DNA of 63,993 nucleotides, filler included, from Perkinsus olseni (Eukaryota): NCBI GenBank assembly GCA_013115125.1. It is 4 parts of 4 records of this genome, joined end to end, with 100 filler letters (N's around TTAATTAATTAA, not from the genome) between each part and the next. Parts side by side here need not be neighbours in the genome. Positions count along the whole stretch, not along the records: positions 50,784 to 63,993 come from JABANN010000768.1; 3 more parts are not named here. One strand, 5' to 3'. Shown piece by piece: positions 60,344 to 63,993 of this stretch (position 1 is its first letter; each line of letters starts with the position of its first letter). The notes under the pieces were generated by a model. It saw only the letters and a program-made list of their open reading frames with translations, ran no database searches and was not told where the DNA came from. The position numbers and the translations under genes were made by a program.

Positions 60344-63290
60344 ATGCCCAGCTTTACTCCCGCAACGGAAGGCACCACATCGTGTGCATTGCCGACGGTC
60401 GAGAGGGACTTCCTACGACCAGTGGAGCTCGTCTGCACGGACATGGACGGAACCGTCCTGGGTCCTGATCACAGTATTCATGAGGTTACGTTCGAGAAGA
60501 TACATCGGGCGCAGAAACTCGGATGTGGGATAGTCGGTTTTTGACGGGGGTGATTTTTGGGCGTTCAGGTTCGGTGATACCCGCGACAGGTCGATGCAGA
60601 ATGTCGGCAGCTAAGTGCTTCTCTAAGGGGGGGATCGACTTGTAAGGTCTTCAGGGGAGATTGATACGGTCCGGTCGAGATAATTGTCCAGAGCTGATCT
60701 AAGTGTTTAACCCGGACGATTCTCTGGCTACCAACGGTATCTATGAACTCAGAATGGATGAAACTGGAGAGAAATCCATGGGAGATATCTGCGTAAATTA
60801 ACGTGTGGCCGAGCAAAAAGACCCTATTTCCTCGATGAGAGTGAGCGCTGCCCGCGAAACTGTCACCATTCGTTAGCTGGCCGGCGGATTGAGGACTGGC
60901 TCCATCTGAACCGGGATCGGCAATCTTTATGGGACGACGTTAAGGGCGAATTACAACTTTGGCCAGACTCCCAGAGGGTTGAATGGGCTACAGCTTTAAA
61001 TGCCTCCATCCGGAAGGCTTTCATTGGGGGGAATATACGTGTTGCTTTGATGGAAGCAATACTCGAAGCCCTAAGGGAGGGGTGGCACAATTGGCACAAT
61101 TGGCAGCCAAGTGGCGCCTCATCTCGGATGCCGAGATCAGATTGCTGGCCGGTTAGAACGAGGCCTTCCAAACACCCTTGGTGCCCCATCATGCGGGAAG
61201 CATGGACCAATTTTTCTTCAGCTGAAGAATTTAGTGATGAAGTGAGAGCCTCCATTGAAGAGGAAGTAAGATTAGGAAGTAAGAGTGGAAGAGGTCACGG
61301 CAGATGAAGCCCACAGAGTCGGAGCGGTGACTCGGTTAGGCTGTATTCCGACTTCTCCACAGCAGCGGCTCTTATTGAAAGTTAGATCAGTCAGTGATAA
61401 TGAGAAGGAATGGCGTCAATGGTGTGATCGACAGTAACTTGTCGCAGACAATATAGTTACCGCTGTGCCGCCTCGCTGGAGCAACGGTGTCTCTCATCAG
61501 CCCGGGAATCTGGTGATGACTTCAACCAGCTGTGGGTGGAATTAGTCAGACTAGCAGCACCATACTTTTAGCCCGCTCCCAAATTTGACCACCTTTGAGG
61601 GCCTTACTACTCGGGGCACGCCATGTGTAGAGTTATTCGGGTTGGCAAGAGCTTTTACACGATGATATGGAGAGTATCTTAGGTTGATCCTAGTTCGTCA
61701 TGGGTAGGTCGTGGTTGTTGTTAGATACTCCCTGCCTGGTGTTTATCTCAATGGCTGTGTTGTCTATGACGAGGAGGGCCAGGTGGCGTCGAATGTTGTG
61801 CTGGACTATCAAATAGTAAGACCAGAGGAGGGGAATATTGGAATTTGCTTAGCTATGGCCAAACTAAGGAGAAATAATTCAGACCCGTCACCCCCTCTTC
61901 GATGAACCACTCAGAATCAACACCGAAATTACCTTGTACGCGTAAGATTTGGTTGCAATGTGGGACTCCCGGAATCTGAAGTCCAGTCAATAGCTTTCGA
62001 TGAAGCGGCCGATCTCGGAGCGAACTGCGCTCGAAAGTCGGTTCATTTACAATCGGCAGGTTTGTGATTTGGTCAACGGCCTTCGACATCAGCAAGAAGT
62101 GATCCCCCTCGTTTGTAGCGGCGATCGGGTCTTGGCGCCGTTTACCAACGACTTTGTCAAGTGCATGGAACGAATGTAGGCATCGCGGGAATTCTAGCGG
62201 GCATGTGAACTTGAGAGTGAAGGATTTTTGGCACAGTACTTGAATCAGCCAATGAATAGCCGTGAATTCACAGTGCACTTGCACGTGCAGACTCATTCCA
62301 TCACAGTATCGGGTAGAATCTAATCTCTCACGGAGGAATGATGAACATGTAGCCCCGTTTTCGCTGGGTATCCGTTCGACCGGCTCTTGATGCCATTTGC
62401 CAAAGGAATATGAGTTCGCATGAGCCATGGGCAGCATCGGTGATATGGTGGTGTTGTAGTGGTCGATTTGCTTCCCTTTTTTACCTCTTGATGTTTTTCC
62501 TCAGGTTTGACGATCCGTCGCCTGAGGACTGCGGCGGCTACGATGGTCTCCTGGAGAAGGTTCGCGATGATGCTATCCCGGTTCATATGGTAAGAATTGT
62601 TGATGCTCTTGCCGGGGATCGACCCGGCGACCTCTGGCGAAGCAGGCCAGCAGCAGTCCCTCTCACCCAGGGTCACCGAGGGTCTCTCTGATATCCACCT
62701 GGAGAGCCGTCGCCGAGATTCTCATTAATATCTCGGAATTCGTCGAGTGCAGGTGTATGTCAGGTTCATGTCATCACTCGGGATCCAGATTATATGAAAG
62801 GAGAAGTTGTTGGACGGCTGAAGGACTTCGCTGAGTAGGGCTGTGGCGGAAGGTCTGAGGTTCGAATCCCACGGGGTGCATTTTTAGATCTCACGGATGT
62901 GCGGCTGCCCAGTCGTTGTCATTCCTCTGCGATATAATACCGGCAGCGGCCAACAAAGGATACGGCATTCGTGTCCTGAAGGAGCGTCTTGGATGTGAGG
63001 GGTTGCTGGTGCTGACGTTTTTACCCGGGTAAAAACGCTCCGTTGTAGACAACTCGATCGCTTGTATTGGCGATGCGATGAACGATAAGGAGATGCTGCA
63101 GAACGCTGATGTTCCGGTCGTCATGGGTAACGCAATGAATGAAATCAAGGTGATTCTCGCGCGCCACGAAATTAGACTTTAATCGTTTTCTCACCAGACC
63201 CTGGGTAAACTGAAGGTTAACTCTAACGACCACGCGGAGCTCCCGGGCGTCGCAGATTTGATGAATCGTATCATAGCGGCCAAGCAGTAA
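60344..63290 (+). CDS. Cof-type HAD-superfamily hydrolase (possibly disrupted in a middle exon)
   Basis: CTDMDGTVL, PATGR, GVYLNG, ANKG, IGDAMNDKEML and MGNA, with a stop at 63290. Confidence 0.9.
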
Positions 63291-63921
63291 CGCTGGTGTG
63301 CATGCGTGCAATTCCTGCTGTACAGCGGCATCTTACTGCCTACTTTCTACTCTTCGTCACTTCGCTCACGTCGCGGCAACAGCGATGAGTGTTTTCTTGA
63401 ATTCTCGAGGAGTTGGGTTACGCTAGTGGTCGTACGGCTGATGAGGGCAGCTCATTGGTTGCACGGAAAACATTAATTTTGCTGAGGAGATCTCTTCCGA
63501 GGCCGGCCTCAGTTTGGAAGTAGAGGGAGAAAGTGAGTTCTTGCGAGCGCTTCTTCGATCTAAGGTTCCAAGGGAAGCTCCTCTTGGTATCTTTTGACGA
63601 GGTTAACCTCAGCGCATCTTACCGTATCCGAAAGATACGCTTGAGGGGCATAACTTGTTGGCTCATCAATCTTGAAGGGAGCGCTTTCGACGGACGCGGA
63701 AGACACTAGTGACCGAGTTAGCTCATTTGGAGAGGTGTTCCTGGTCTACAGTGTCTAATTTTTATTCATTTTTTTCTCATTTGATACCAATTTTCTCCGG
63801 AATCCCACGCTGATTTCCTCTCACACCTGTCTCATCACAGAGACGTTAAAGCGTTGGCCCCTCGAGTCGACGGAACTGATAATCGTCGTTCGCAATTTAC
63901 CCATTTACTGAGTCTGCGAAG

Positions 63922-63993
<72 letters not shown>

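Noticed and set aside
61853-62437. 194-aa antisense ORF nested in the HAD gene
   Set aside because: No recognisable motif or splice context, so it cannot be supported as a gene.
62848-62859. GGAAGGTCTGAG resembling RNase P RNA conserved region I
   Set aside because: Lies in a 53-nt intron with no downstream P4 partner. Better explained as the tRNA variable loop and T-arm.
63719-63734. A-box-like TAGCTCATTTGGAGAG (possible tRNA 5' half)
   Set aside because: No downstream B box, and no acceptor complementarity to any of the 3'-half elements, so split tRNAs are unsupported.
63923-63993. Terminal poly-G run
   Set aside because: At the sequence end and typical of two-colour sequencing or assembly artefacts.

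Overview
Gene-dense eukaryotic DNA with many short (about 45-60 nt) GT-AG introns. The style suggests a Perkinsus-like alveolate (inference, not a database result). The ORF track fragments most genes, so spliced models were rebuilt by eye. Recognisable genes are a membrane-anchored metallophosphoesterase, RPB3, a YbjQ-family protein, a taxilin-like protein, a helical-repeat protein, RPL7A followed by a C/D snoRNA cluster, UBA1, TM9SF, an alkaline ceramidase-like protein, a Zn-finger PP2C, an AGC kinase, NADAR, a dsRBD-like protein and a Cof-type HAD hydrolase. Mobile DNA includes an intron-containing Mutator transposase, a gag+APE non-LTR retrotransposon abutting a (TAG)11 tract with a TAATG stop-start junction, a hAT-like end and several satellites. 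The most unusual signal is non-coding. About eight different tRNA-like 3' halves (variable loop, T-arm/B-box, acceptor strand) lie inside introns in both orientations, and some make up almost the whole intron. Two other dispersed, mostly intronic motifs (GAGTATCYT(N)AGGTYGA and CGCGCCACGAAATT) occur alongside them. Together these may be an undescribed intronic cis-element (TFIIIC-type) system. Four N gaps and a terminal poly-G are assembly features.
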